A stretch of 64,000 nucleotides of DNA, taken from positions 128,001 to 192,000 of the forward strand of contig CAWDLW010000017.1 of assembly GCA_963803145.1 (NCBI GenBank), read 5' to 3'. Shown here one piece after another: positions 38,579 through 48,073 of this stretch; position 1 is the first letter of the stretch; the number at the start of each line of letters is the position of its first letter. The notes below the pieces were generated by a model that did no database searches, was not told where the DNA came from, and saw only the letters and a program-made list of their open reading frames with translations. The DNA comes from Methanotrichaceae archaeon. Its GTDB lineage: Archaea; Halobacteriota; Methanosarcinia; Methanotrichales; Methanotrichaceae. Made by a program: the position numbers and the translations under genes.

Positions 38579-40080
38579 TGGAGCTAATGACGCCGTTGTT
38601 TGTCATCCTGTGCCCAGCGATTGCTGCAGCTTTGATCCTGCCATCGAGAAACCATCCGAATATGAGAGAAGGCTGGACTATTGCGGCGAGCTTGGTGATG
38701 TTTTCGCTTGTTCTGTCAATGGCACCGGAGATTCTAAAAGGAGATACAATAAAATATGTATTATTCCATTCGATGTTCAAGGGCATCTATATTGGATTCA
38801 ATGTTGACGCCTTTGGCGAAATATTCGCAATTACCACGTCCTCTCTCTGGATTCTGGTCTCCATCTACTCCATAGGGTACATGCGAACGCTGAAAGAGCA
38901 TGCGCAGACGAGATACTTCTTTGCCTTCTGCCTCGCCATATTTGGAGCGTTGGGAGTTGCTCTCTCTGCAAATTTAATCACCATGTTTATATTTTATGAA
39001 ATAATAACTGTGTCCACATATCCGCTTGTCATACATGAGCAGACACCGGAGGCTTTGAGGGCGGGGCATAAATATTTCGCTTATTTAATAACCGCGGGCG
39101 CCTTCCTTCTCTTCGGGGTGATGACGATCTACTACCTCACCGGAACTACCGAGTTCACAGCCGGGGGAATAAAGGCCCTCGGTTTGGCACCTCAAGCGAT
39201 AGTGATAGTTTTGTTCTTCTGCTTCCTGCTGGGGTTCATGAAGGCCGCGTGGATGCCTTTTCACTCATGGCTGCCCACGGCGATGGTAGCGCCGACACCG
39301 GTAAGTGCTCTACTACATGCTGTGGCGGTGGTTAAAGCTGGCGTCTTTGGCATAGTGCGCCTGGTCTGCTATGTTTACGGCGTGGACCTGATGCATGAGC
39401 TCAACCTGTGGTTGGTATTGGCCATAATTGCAAGCTTTACCATGCTTGTCGGATCCTTCTTCGCCATTGCTCAAGACGACCTTAAAAAGAGGCTTGCATA
39501 CTCCACCATCAGCCAGCTATCCTACATAATTCTGGGTGCATCATTGCTGACAGAGAACGGAGTGCGAGGGGCGATGCTTCACATACCATTCCACGGCTTC
39601 ATGAAGATAACGCTGTTCCTTTGTGCAGGCGCTATTATGGTAGCTACAGGGAAGAGGAAGATAAGCGAGATGGCCGGGATAGGAAAAACGATGCCTATAA
39701 CCATGCTAGCCTTCAGCATAGCTGCGATAGGCATGGTTGGGATCCCACCTGTAGCCGGGTTCATCAGCAAGTTTTATCTCTGCCTTGGGGCATTGGCAGC
39801 AACATCTCCCTATGGATTGATCTTCTTAGCGGTCATCCTGATAAGCTCGTTGCTGGACGTCGTTTATTTCTTCCCCATAATACACACAGCATTCTTCAGG
39901 AAGCCTGTGGGAGATATAACCACGAACGGAGAGGAGAAGAGAAAGGAGGCCCCTCTTTTGATGGTCGTCCCTCTAGCAATAACTGCAATCTTCTCCATCA
40001 TATTCTTCGTATATCCGAATATGTTCTATATCTTCGACCTTGTGAAAATGGCCGTAGGGGATGTCTTCGGAGGCGTATGA
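38578..40080 (+). CDS. Mrp MnhD/MnhA-like antiporter subunit
   Basis: HSWLPTAMVAPTPVSALLHAVAVVKAG and KRLAYSTISQL motifs. Confidence 0.92.
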   Translation: MELMTPLFVILCPAIAAALILPSRNHPNMREGWTIAASLVMFSLVLSMAPEILKGDTIKYVLFHSMFKGIYIGFNVDAFGEIFAITTSSLWILVSIYSIGYMRTLKEHAQTRYFFAFCLAIFGALGVALSANLITMFIFYEIITVSTYPLVIHEQTPEALRAGHKYFAYLITAGAFLLFGVMTIYYLTGTTEFTAGGIKALGLAPQAIVIVLFFCFLLGFMKAAWMPFHSWLPTAMVAPTPVSALLHAVAVVKAGVFGIVRLVCYVYGVDLMHELNLWLVLAIIASFTMLVGSFFAIAQDDLKKRLAYSTISQLSYIILGASLLTENGVRGAMLHIPFHGFMKITLFLCAGAIMVATGKRKISEMAGIGKTMPITMLAFSIAAIGMVGIPPVAGFISKFYLCLGALAATSPYGLIFLAVILISSLLDVVYFFPIIHTAFFRKPVGDITTNGEEKRKEAPLLMVVPLAITAIFSIIFFVYPNMFYIFDLVKMAVGDVFGGV

Positions 40081-40142
40081 AGATAATATTTCCAAATTTT
40101 ATCTTATCGGAATACCTGGATTGATGTAAGAATGAGGGGAAA

Positions 40143-41402
40143 ATGTCACAATTGCGCCGAATTACCCAACAAATGACCAAGAGATTTATCCTTATGTTGC
40201 CGTTGTTGATGGTGGCCTTCTTAGCTTCAGCCAATCCCGAAATGGCGTTTACCGCTCCCGGTAACATATCTCTCGGCCGAATTCCCCAAGAGGAATGGAA
40301 CAGAACCTTTGGGGGGGCAAGCGATGATGTGGGCACCTGGGTTCAGCAGACGAAAGATGGCGGCTACATCGTCACAGGTTATACGTCATCTTACGGTGCC
40401 GATGCTCCATATTCCTGGCTCATAAAAGCCCAATACAGAGGGGATATCTGGCTGATAAAAACCGATCAGTCGGGGATTTTGGAATGGGACAGAACATTCG
40501 GCGGTTTGGGCAAGGAGCTGGGCTTCTTTGTCCAGCAGACGAGGGATGGCGGTTACATCATCACAGGCGGGAAAAAGTCTTTTTGGATCGGCAATTATCA
40601 TGTTTGGGTTATAAAGACCGATTCGGATGGGATCTTGGAGTGGGACAAAACCTTCGAGGGGCCAGGTGAGGACCTGGGCTTCTCTGTCCAGCAGACAAAT
40701 GATAACGGTTACATCATCGCAGGTTATACAACAATTTCCGACGGCAGAAAGGCCTGGCTCATCAAAATCGATCCGGCGGGGAACAAGGAATGGGACGTAG
40801 TCTTAGGCAAGAAAGATACTGAGGCGGCCTCTGTCCAGCAGACCAAAGATGGCGGTTATATAATTACAGGTTACACATCTTCTTACGGTGCAGGCAAAGA
40901 AGACGTTTGGCTATTAAAGACCGATTCAATCGGCAATATTGAGTGGGTTAATGCCTTTGGCGGGGCCAAGAGTGACATAGGTTTTTCGGTTCAGGAAACG
41001 AATGACGGCGGATATATCATCGCAGGTTCCACAGAATCCTTCGGGCTTGGAATTATGAGTGTCTGGTTGATAAAGACAGATTCGAAGGGAAATAAGGAGT
41101 GGGATAGAACATTCGGCGGGCCCGATTCTGATTCGGGTGCCTGCGTCCAGCAGACTACAGATGACGGTTATATTATCACAGGTTACAACACAACGTCTAT
41201 TGGTGCCTCTAAATTAGGGCGTGCGTGGCTGATAAAGACCGATTCGAATGGATATAAGGAGTGGGACAGAACATTCGGCGGCTCTCGAAATGATTGGGGC
41301 AACTCAGTAGAAGAGACGAAAGATGGCGGTTACATCATAACAGGTGTCACGGAGTCTTATGGCGCAGGCAAGGAGGATGCCTGGCTGATAAAAGTAAAAT
41401 GA
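40143..41402 (+). CDS. Secreted protein with seven ~50-aa repeats (predicted 7-bladed beta-propeller)
   Basis: Seven copies of EW..TFGG...SVQQT.DGGYII.G...WLIKTD after a hydrophobic N-terminus. Confidence 0.85.
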   Translation: MSQLRRITQQMTKRFILMLPLLMVAFLASANPEMAFTAPGNISLGRIPQEEWNRTFGGASDDVGTWVQQTKDGGYIVTGYTSSYGADAPYSWLIKAQYRGDIWLIKTDQSGILEWDRTFGGLGKELGFFVQQTRDGGYIITGGKKSFWIGNYHVWVIKTDSDGILEWDKTFEGPGEDLGFSVQQTNDNGYIIAGYTTISDGRKAWLIKIDPAGNKEWDVVLGKKDTEAASVQQTKDGGYIITGYTSSYGAGKEDVWLLKTDSIGNIEWVNAFGGAKSDIGFSVQETNDGGYIIAGSTESFGLGIMSVWLIKTDSKGNKEWDRTFGGPDSDSGACVQQTTDDGYIITGYNTTSIGASKLGRAWLIKTDSNGYKEWDRTFGGSRNDWGNSVEETKDGGYIITGVTESYGAGKEDAWLIKVK

Positions 41403-41449
41403 GCAATGGATGGTTAAAAGAGAAATATAGGATGTCAGGAGGGAAATGG

Positions 41450-41608
41450 ATGGAAAATATTGAAGAAAGAAAGGAGACGAGGGAGAGAAGCGAGTACTTT
41501 TGGCATACCTATTATGGCTTTCCCTCTGAAATGCTTGGCTATGCATTGCTAGTAGTAACTATATTATATTTTGCATTTGTGATCTCAGTTGCCGTAGGTA
41601 TATTGTGA
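41450..41608 (+). CDS. Small membrane protein
   Basis: GGAGGG RBS; 52 aa with a C-terminal TM helix. Confidence 0.5.
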   Translation: MENIEERKETRERSEYFWHTYYGFPSEMLGYALLVVTILYFAFVISVAVGIL

Positions 41609-41663
41609 TAATGATTAAAATGGGGGATCAATCGTAGATATATGATAAGGAGATGACGAAAGA

Positions 41664-41969
41664 ATGGAAATAATACTTGCAGTGCTCTCCATACTGGGAA
41701 TTGTTGGATACGTTTTTCTTTTCCTCGGAACTACAGAGCCGCGTCATCGTCACGGGGACCTATTCCTCGGAATAGTTGCGTTCACCCTTATTGTAATGGT
41801 ATTGGCAGGTTTATTCATCCAATGGCCCATTGAATTCAGGTGGCAAGACGTAACAGCATTTTACGCGATATATGGTTTCTCAGCCTTCGTCTTTCTTATT
41901 TACGCAGCAAAAGGGTTGCGTCTCTGGCTCACGAAAGAAGAGGATTATTATGAGAAGAGGGGGGTGTAA
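41664..41969 (+). CDS. Small Mrp-associated membrane protein
   Basis: FYAIYGF.AFV.LIY.AK.LR.....EDYYE, the small ORF type found between MrpD copies. Confidence 0.75.
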   Translation: MEIILAVLSILGIVGYVFLFLGTTEPRHRHGDLFLGIVAFTLIVMVLAGLFIQWPIEFRWQDVTAFYAIYGFSAFVFLIYAAKGLRLWLTKEEDYYEKRGV

Positions 41970-41974
41970 AGCAG

Positions 41975-43696
41975 ATGATTGACTGGATACATCCAGGACT
42001 TATACTGATCATCGGAGCTTTGCTTGTACCGTTTTTAAAAGGCAAATTGAGGCAGGCATATTTGATTATCCTCCCTCTAGCAGCGTTCATAGACGTTGCT
42101 CTAATGTATACAGGAATATTTGGAGATATTCCTTTCTCAGCCGGGCGTTTGCCCTTTTTAGAATATGAACTCACCTTTGGAAGGGTGGACAAACTGAGCT
42201 TTTTATTTGGACTCATATTCGCCCTAGCCTCAGTCCCGGTGACCATTTACTCGCTGCATGTAAAAAGTAGCAGTGAACACACGGCCCAGCTCATATATGC
42301 GGGAAGTGCGCTAGGTGTAGTTTTTGCGGGCGACCTCATCAGCTTGTATTTCTTCTGGGAGATAATGTCGGTCGCATCCATGCTCGTCATCTGGTACGGA
42401 GAGACGGATAAGTCGCATAGTGCAGGGTTTAGGTATATTATGTGGCACATAGCTGGTGGCATAATTCTGCTGGCAGGCATTGTTACGTATATTGCAAGCA
42501 CAGGCTCAATCGCCTTTAATGCCATCGGCTGGGGAGCTGGTAGTGCTCTTCTGCCATCTCTATTAATTTTCATCGGTTTTATATTAAATGCTGGCGTTCC
42601 CCCGCTTCATGCTTGGCTACCAGATGCTTATCCTGAGTCATCGGTTTCGGGCTCGGTATATTTGAGCATCTATACAACCAAGTCTGCAGTCTATGTTCTG
42701 GCAAGGGGCTTCGCCGGCTTTTGGCCTTTAATATGGCTCGGAGCTATAATGACTGTGTACCCCATCTTCTTTGCAGTCCTGGAGAATAACCTAAGGAGGG
42801 TTCTCTCCTATAGCCTAATCAACCAGGTGGGATTCATGCTATGCGGGATAGGAATGGGCACTGCCCTCTCCATGAATGGCGCAGTTTCTCACGCCTTTGC
42901 CCATATCATCTATAAGGGGCTGCTTTTTATGAGCGTGGGAAGTGTGCTCTATAGGACTGGAACAGCAAAGATCACGGATCTTGGCGGATTATACAAGACA
43001 ATGCCGCTGACCACAATTTTCTGTTTGGTGGGAGCGGCATCAATTTCGGCTTTCCCACTGTTCTCCGGGTTTGTGACCAAAGCGATGGTGGTCCAGGCAT
43101 CGGCAGTCGGAGGGCTGGCTATAGTATATGTTCTTCTGCAGCTTGCCTCAGCAGGTGTATTCGAGCATGCTGGCATAAAGGTTCCTTTCTTCACCTTCTT
43201 TGCCCACGACTCCGGCTTGAAGGCAAAGGACCCGCCAGTCCATATGCTATTAGGCATGGGGATAATGGCATTTTTCTGTATCTTTATCGGGCTATATCCA
43301 CAGCCGCTCTACCAGCTCCTTCCTTACACTGTTGATTTTGAGGCGTTCACAGCGCCCCATGTTGTAGAGACCCTCCAGCTGCTGCTGTTTGCTTCATTTG
43401 CCTTCTTCCTCCTCAAAACCTCTGGAATATACCCACCGGAGCGGAGGACTATTAGCCTCGATACCGACTGGCCATTGAGAATGGCAGCTGGGAAGTTTAA
43501 ATGGTTCATCGAGGGACCGTTAATGAATTTCGGGGCTTGGATGGATGGCAATATGAAGAAGATCGCTGCCGATTTCTCCGCGTTCGGGGGAGAAAAGGAA
43601 GAAAGAGTGCTAATAGGAGTATCCGTGATGTTGGCGCTCCTGTTCCTCGCCCTCTACTTGATAGTGGAGTTGGTGTATAGATCAATTGCTCATTAA
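41975..43696 (+). CDS. Na+/H+ antiporter subunit D (third MnhD-like subunit)
   Basis: PPLHAWLPDAYPE, TTKSAVY, RRVLSYSLINQVG and ISAFPLFSGFVTK motifs. Confidence 0.92.
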   Translation: MIDWIHPGLILIIGALLVPFLKGKLRQAYLIILPLAAFIDVALMYTGIFGDIPFSAGRLPFLEYELTFGRVDKLSFLFGLIFALASVPVTIYSLHVKSSSEHTAQLIYAGSALGVVFAGDLISLYFFWEIMSVASMLVIWYGETDKSHSAGFRYIMWHIAGGIILLAGIVTYIASTGSIAFNAIGWGAGSALLPSLLIFIGFILNAGVPPLHAWLPDAYPESSVSGSVYLSIYTTKSAVYVLARGFAGFWPLIWLGAIMTVYPIFFAVLENNLRRVLSYSLINQVGFMLCGIGMGTALSMNGAVSHAFAHIIYKGLLFMSVGSVLYRTGTAKITDLGGLYKTMPLTTIFCLVGAASISAFPLFSGFVTKAMVVQASAVGGLAIVYVLLQLASAGVFEHAGIKVPFFTFFAHDSGLKAKDPPVHMLLGMGIMAFFCIFIGLYPQPLYQLLPYTVDFEAFTAPHVVETLQLLLFASFAFFLLKTSGIYPPERRTISLDTDWPLRMAAGKFKWFIEGPLMNFGAWMDGNMKKIAADFSAFGGEKEERVLIGVSVMLALLFLALYLIVELVYRSIAH

Positions 43697-43936
43697 TTTA
43701 TTTATAATTGCAATCGTCCCGGCTAGGATAGGCAACAGGAGGTGTGAAGAAGAGGGAAGCCAAGGGCTGAGAGGATAGGGATGGGTCTCAACAAGAGAGC
43801 CACCTCTCAGCCCCGAGGGTGGATCTTGAAGGCGAGAGGTGAAGGATCAAAAATGGGCATATGAAGAATGAAGGAGAAAGTCAAGGCCAAGAGAGCTATC
43901 TAATCGGAGCAAATATAATCCTAAAAGGTGATAAAA

Positions 43937-44038
43937 ATGCATGATTACACGGTTGCCTTCATCCTGATGGCAACTATGACCCTATGGTTATATGTAACCT
44001 ACGTAATCCAGTCTGTGGCCCCATGGCTGCACTTATGA
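43937..44038 (+). CDS. 33-aa membrane peptide
   Basis: AGGTGA RBS; MHDYTVAFILMATMTLWLYVTYVIQSVAPWLHL. Confidence 0.45.
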   Translation: MHDYTVAFILMATMTLWLYVTYVIQSVAPWLHL

Positions 44039-44225
44039 AACTCGTTGAATGAATGGCTATGCATGAAAATAGTGCATTCTGAATCTGGCACTACCTGGAG
44101 ATGATCATTTCAACTAAGGGAACATATTGCCCAGACAAGCCTTACACCAATGGATTGAATAAGCGGTTAAAAAATGAGATGAATTGTTATTCATAAGCCA
44201 AAAATTTGATAAAAAGGTGAGACAT

Positions 44226-44345
44226 ATGGACGCGGATGATAGATTGGTGCTTGCAGGTGCATCGATTGGAGTAGCCATGCTAGTTGTTTGGATCGCTTTT
44301 ATCATTATTCTCCTGTTGACCAGAGGACCAGAGGGGTACCATTAA
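44226..44345 (+). CDS. 39-aa membrane peptide (possibly a frameshifted 2-TM protein extending to ~44454)
   Basis: AGGTGA RBS; MDADDRLVLAGASIGVAMLVVWIAFIIILLLTRGPEGYH. Confidence 0.5.
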   Translation: MDADDRLVLAGASIGVAMLVVWIAFIIILLLTRGPEGYH

Positions 44346-44491
44346 ATTTGGCGTCGGCTTTCTCATGGCTGTCCTGGTTGTAGTCTTGATGGTAACAATC
44401 ATGTCTCTGTTGGTGCGAGGCCGAATGAAGTCTAAAGGTGCAGACCAATCTTAGTGGACCTCAAGTCGATGCTAGAAGTTGGGGAGATGAG

Positions 44492-44641
44492 ATGACCGAC
44501 AAGTACGCGCCTCACGATAAAAGTAAGGCTAGTAAAGAGGCCTTTTATGAGAACCTATTAGTAGCAATTGTTCTCATTTTCAGTTTCATATATTTTTCGT
44601 TTCAACTATATACATGGTTCATCGGTTTCAAAGGTAGTTGA
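44492..44641 (+). CDS. 49-aa membrane peptide
   Basis: GGAG RBS; single TM helix LLVAIVLIFSFIYFSFQLY. Confidence 0.45.
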   Translation: MTDKYAPHDKSKASKEAFYENLLVAIVLIFSFIYFSFQLYTWFIGFKGS

Positions 44642-44784
44642 CTAACGATGCAGATATCTAACGATGGGAGTTACCATCGGGCCCTAGAAAAGAGGCCGAA
44701 AAGGCCTCCAACATAGAGGTGACTAAATGCTGGTGCTCATATTGGCATATAGATTCTCACCATCGTAAGGTGGATGGTGGAGCC

Positions 44785-45333
44785 ATGAAGGCCAATTCTA
44801 AGAATAACATGCCTGAGGGCATCTATTTTTTGAGTGATGTACTCAATGCGAAGGTTCTCAGCAAGGGCAAAAAGATAGGCAAGCTTTCAGATCTGATCAT
44901 CGTAGATAAAGATAGAGTGGCTGAGGTCACTCATTTGGTGATCGTCCGCCCATTTGGCTATCCATTTCTTATGGTGCCCTGGGAAAAGGTCAGGTCTTTT
45001 GGTGAAAAGGAGATCGTCATCGACGTCGAAGATGTAGAGGAGTTCGCATGTAAAGTTCCAGAGAGTTTTGTGCTGCTGAAGGACTACATCCTTGACAAGA
45101 AGATTCTCGATATGGAGGACACCGAAGTTGAGGTGGTCTATGACATCAAGATGGTGATGAATAATAAGAATAAACTCTATGTCACGGATGTGGATCCGTC
45201 GAGATACGCACGATTAAGACGAACGGGCCTCAACTCCATCGCAAGTATATTTCACAAGGGTCAAGACCAAGATACGAGGAGATTCTTATTCAGAGGTTTT
45301 AAAACGCTCCACGAACGAGAAAGAAGAGTATGA
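44785..45333 (+). pseudogene. Truncated N-terminal (PRC-barrel) part of an MgtE-like/CBS protein
   Basis: YFLS.VL..KV...GKKIGKL.DL, VPWEKV and LLKD.ILDKKILD motifs; ends prematurely. Confidence 0.65.
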
Positions 45334-45574
45334 GGCATGCTGAACAGGGCGTCGGCGGATAAAAACGCCTAGAAAGCAACATCGAGCCGACTCCAGATAG
45401 TGTCGAAGAACTGAAGAATACATGAAAGAGAAGCATGGAATACGACCGTTTTCGACCCAGTGGATATGTTGCCAGATCTGGAGCGATGTAAGATCATGAG
45501 CATTGAGGGTCGGACGGTCATAAACGTGAGATGGTATATAGACGGGGTTTAACTGGCAAAGAATGTGATCGTTT

Positions 45575-46647
45575 ATGGTAATGATAACCGGGATTGATGT
45601 AACAGCGGTAGACGTTGCGTTGTTTGCTATAATCTTAATAGTACTGGCCGCACCGTTTAAAGTGAAGCTAGCTGAAAAGAACCTTGAGGCTTTTCTGTTT
45701 CTAATGGACTCTTAGGAGATACCCAACCTGCAAAGGGAATTCGACCTGCTAAAGCTGGCCTTTGAAGAGCTGATTGTGAAGGATTAGTACCGGCGGTACT
45801 AGTCGCTGGCCTTGCATTCTCCTATGGAAAGGAAGCCAGTTCAAGAGCCTTCATGAATGGCCTGGTTAAATCAGTTCCAATGCCAGGCTGGTCTTCCTGA
45901 TTGTTTTCTATGCAATGATTTCCAGCGTCATAACAGCCATATCAATCCTGTTAGGGAGATAATGAACTTAATGCCGATGAGCGCAAGGATAAGATCAACT
46001 GGTTATAATCCATGCTTCTCTATCGACCTGGGAGCAGTGCTAATCCTTTGGGAGAGCATCTGGTGAAGTGTTATTACGAGGTTGCAGGGGTTGCCCTATC
46101 ATGCAGGCTTCTGGTACCTCTTCGACGAGATGGGTGTACTCATCATCCTAGGCTGCGCCTTATGCGCTGCCTTCGGAGTATTCTAAGTGGACAAGAGGGA
46201 GCCAAAGAGGAAGTCATGGATATCGTTGGTGAAGGCGGCCTAAGGGACGTAATCGCTAGAGCATTCAAAGTTTACATATTGGTTTGTGCGTTGCTCTTAT
46301 TGGGCAGCGGGATGAATACTATTATCGAAAAGTATTTCGTCCACGTCCCGTCTGTGGCGCTGTATTGGTTTAACATAACATCCGCCCTGCTGGATAACGC
46401 GACGCTAGCCTCGGTTGAGATTGGACCTGCTTTGAGCCAGCTCCAGATTAACGCTGCTCTGATGGGACTGCTGATCTTCGGCGGAATGCTGATCCCAGGC
46501 AACATCCCGAACATCATATCTGCAGGTAAGCTAGGCATCACCAGCAGCGAATACGCCAACCTCGGAGTTCCATTTGGCCTCGTTCTGGGCGCGATCTTCT
46601 TCGTGCTGATTTTCGTTCTGAAATTCGCGCCCACTCTAGAAATATAG
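45575..46647 (+). pseudogene. DUF1646 transporter pseudogene
   Basis: Begins VTAVDVALFAIILIVLAAPFKVKLAEKNLEAFLFLM then a stop and several frameshifts; intact C-terminus LDNATL...GGMLIPGNIPNIISAGKL. Confidence 0.85.
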
Positions 46648-46828
46648 GCACATGAAAAGCGATTGGGATTTTTTATCCCTTTTCTTTCACCGAAGCGCTA
46701 CAATTCGTAGTAACGCCCCTTTACTTTGCTTGAATAACCGTGTTTCTTCCCCATATCGCTACAAAGCAAGTAGGGCGCGTTCTACATAATTGTAGTCTTC
46801 TAATCAGGCTCTGCCGCAAAATATAGGC

Positions 46829-47000
46829 ATGACCGAGAATGTCAAGCTGAAATATGAAAGAGAGCACTTTGGGTGAGGCATTGAATATGTTCTCAAGGTA
46901 CGATTTCAGGGCGCTTCCGGTAGTCGATAATGGTGATAATATGATCGGCGTTGTCAGGTATAGGGATGTCACAAAGCTGACACATCACTTCTTGGAATGA
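46829..47000 (+). pseudogene. C-terminal CBS remnant of an MgtE-like gene
   Basis: ESTLGEALNMFSRYDFRALPVVDNGDNMIGVVRYRDV...HFLE*, with a frameshift at its 5' end. Confidence 0.6.
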
Positions 47001-47387
47001 AAGCATGCGAAAAAATTATAAGCCTTGATAAAAGAACTTCTCCATCAATAAAGATGAGCAATTCATGGTGAGACATCGAGTATGCCCATAGATCCACCTA
47101 TTATCACGATAATCACTGGTGGTAGTCTAATTATCATTGCGAATTTGATCTCATATATCAAGCAATGGATCAAGAAGAACGGAGAGAAAAATGGCGAAAC
47201 GATGTTTAATAATCGTGATGACATTGCATTTATAGAACCAGATAGGAGCACATTTGATTATATTATTCAACGTTATAATCACAGTATTCTTTTTAAGACT
47301 TCCGCCCAACTATTTTTTTTATTAATTATGGTGCTATTATTGCACGATTGTCGAGTACTGTAGCATGGATTGCAGAAAAAGAGATTG

Positions 47388-47771
47388 TCAGTGGAAGAGC
47401 AAGCCCAGCAGTTTCAGAGTGGCTATATCAGAGGATGGCAGATCCGCAGTGCTTAAAGCTGCTCCCAAACCTATTGAAAGGCACCCAATTATCAGAAAAC
47501 CCATCCGAGCTCTTCCACCCCCGATGGGTAGAAGTCTCACTGCACTGATAAGCATCACAAGCGGCAATATCGGCGTGAGGATCGATGCAGAGAGCCCTAG
47601 CGTAACCACTATACTTGATAGGACAACCATAAGAAAGGCCCCCTTTAATAAAGAGGCATTTCTATGATCAAACTGGAATATTTGCCGGATGAACGCGCTG
47701 CCTAACGACCCAGCCAACACTACACCAATTAAAGCAATCACACCTAGTTCAAAGGGATTCCCCTGCAGCAT
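47388..47771 (-). CDS. Short, degenerate half-DUF1646-like membrane protein
   Basis: GAGGTGA RBS; LGLSASILTPILP and LSIGLGA match 49860..50627. Confidence 0.6.
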   Translation of the reverse strand: MLQGNPFELGVIALIGVVLAGSLGSAFIRQIFQFDHRNASLLKGAFLMVVLSSIVVTLGLSASILTPILPLVMLISAVRLLPIGGGRARMGFLIIGCLSIGLGAALSTADLPSSDIATLKLLGLLFH

Positions 47772-48050
47772 TTCATCACCTCTCTATTGGAGACCTTTTC
47801 GGCCTCTCTTCTTGTACCATATGTAATTTTAATAACATGTATTCCGAATATTAAATGATTTTGGTAAGGACCTTTAATAAAAAGGAATTTTTCCTTTTTG
47901 GATCCATTCCCTTTTAGGAATTAAGGCATAATGCATTAAAACACTAATGATTAATCATAATATATTGATTCGAGATCTTTTTCATTATTCAACTCCAGAT
48001 TTCTTAAAAGCACAGCTGTTCATCGATTATTCTCCTGAGAAAAAAAGATA

Positions 48051-48073
48051 AAGCGATGCTTAAAGCATCGCTT
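48051..48073 (-). terminator. Hairpin plus U-tract after the DUF1646 gene
   Basis: AAGCGATGCT...AGCATCGCTT followed on the minus strand by TATCTTTTTTT. Confidence 0.6.

Noticed and set aside
40143-41402. Regularly spaced nucleotide repeats resembling a CRISPR array or DGR template
   Set aside because: The repeats are degenerate, in-frame protein repeats; no cas or reverse transcriptase gene is present.
34110-43696. Possible energy-converting hydrogenase (Mbh/Eha/Ehb) operon
   Set aside because: No NiFe large or small subunit, NuoH-like or ferredoxin-like genes; only antiporter subunits are present.
46640-46829. 11-bp direct repeat AAATATAGGCA as a possible target-site duplication
   Set aside because: AT-rich and short, with no terminal inverted repeats or transposase between the copies.
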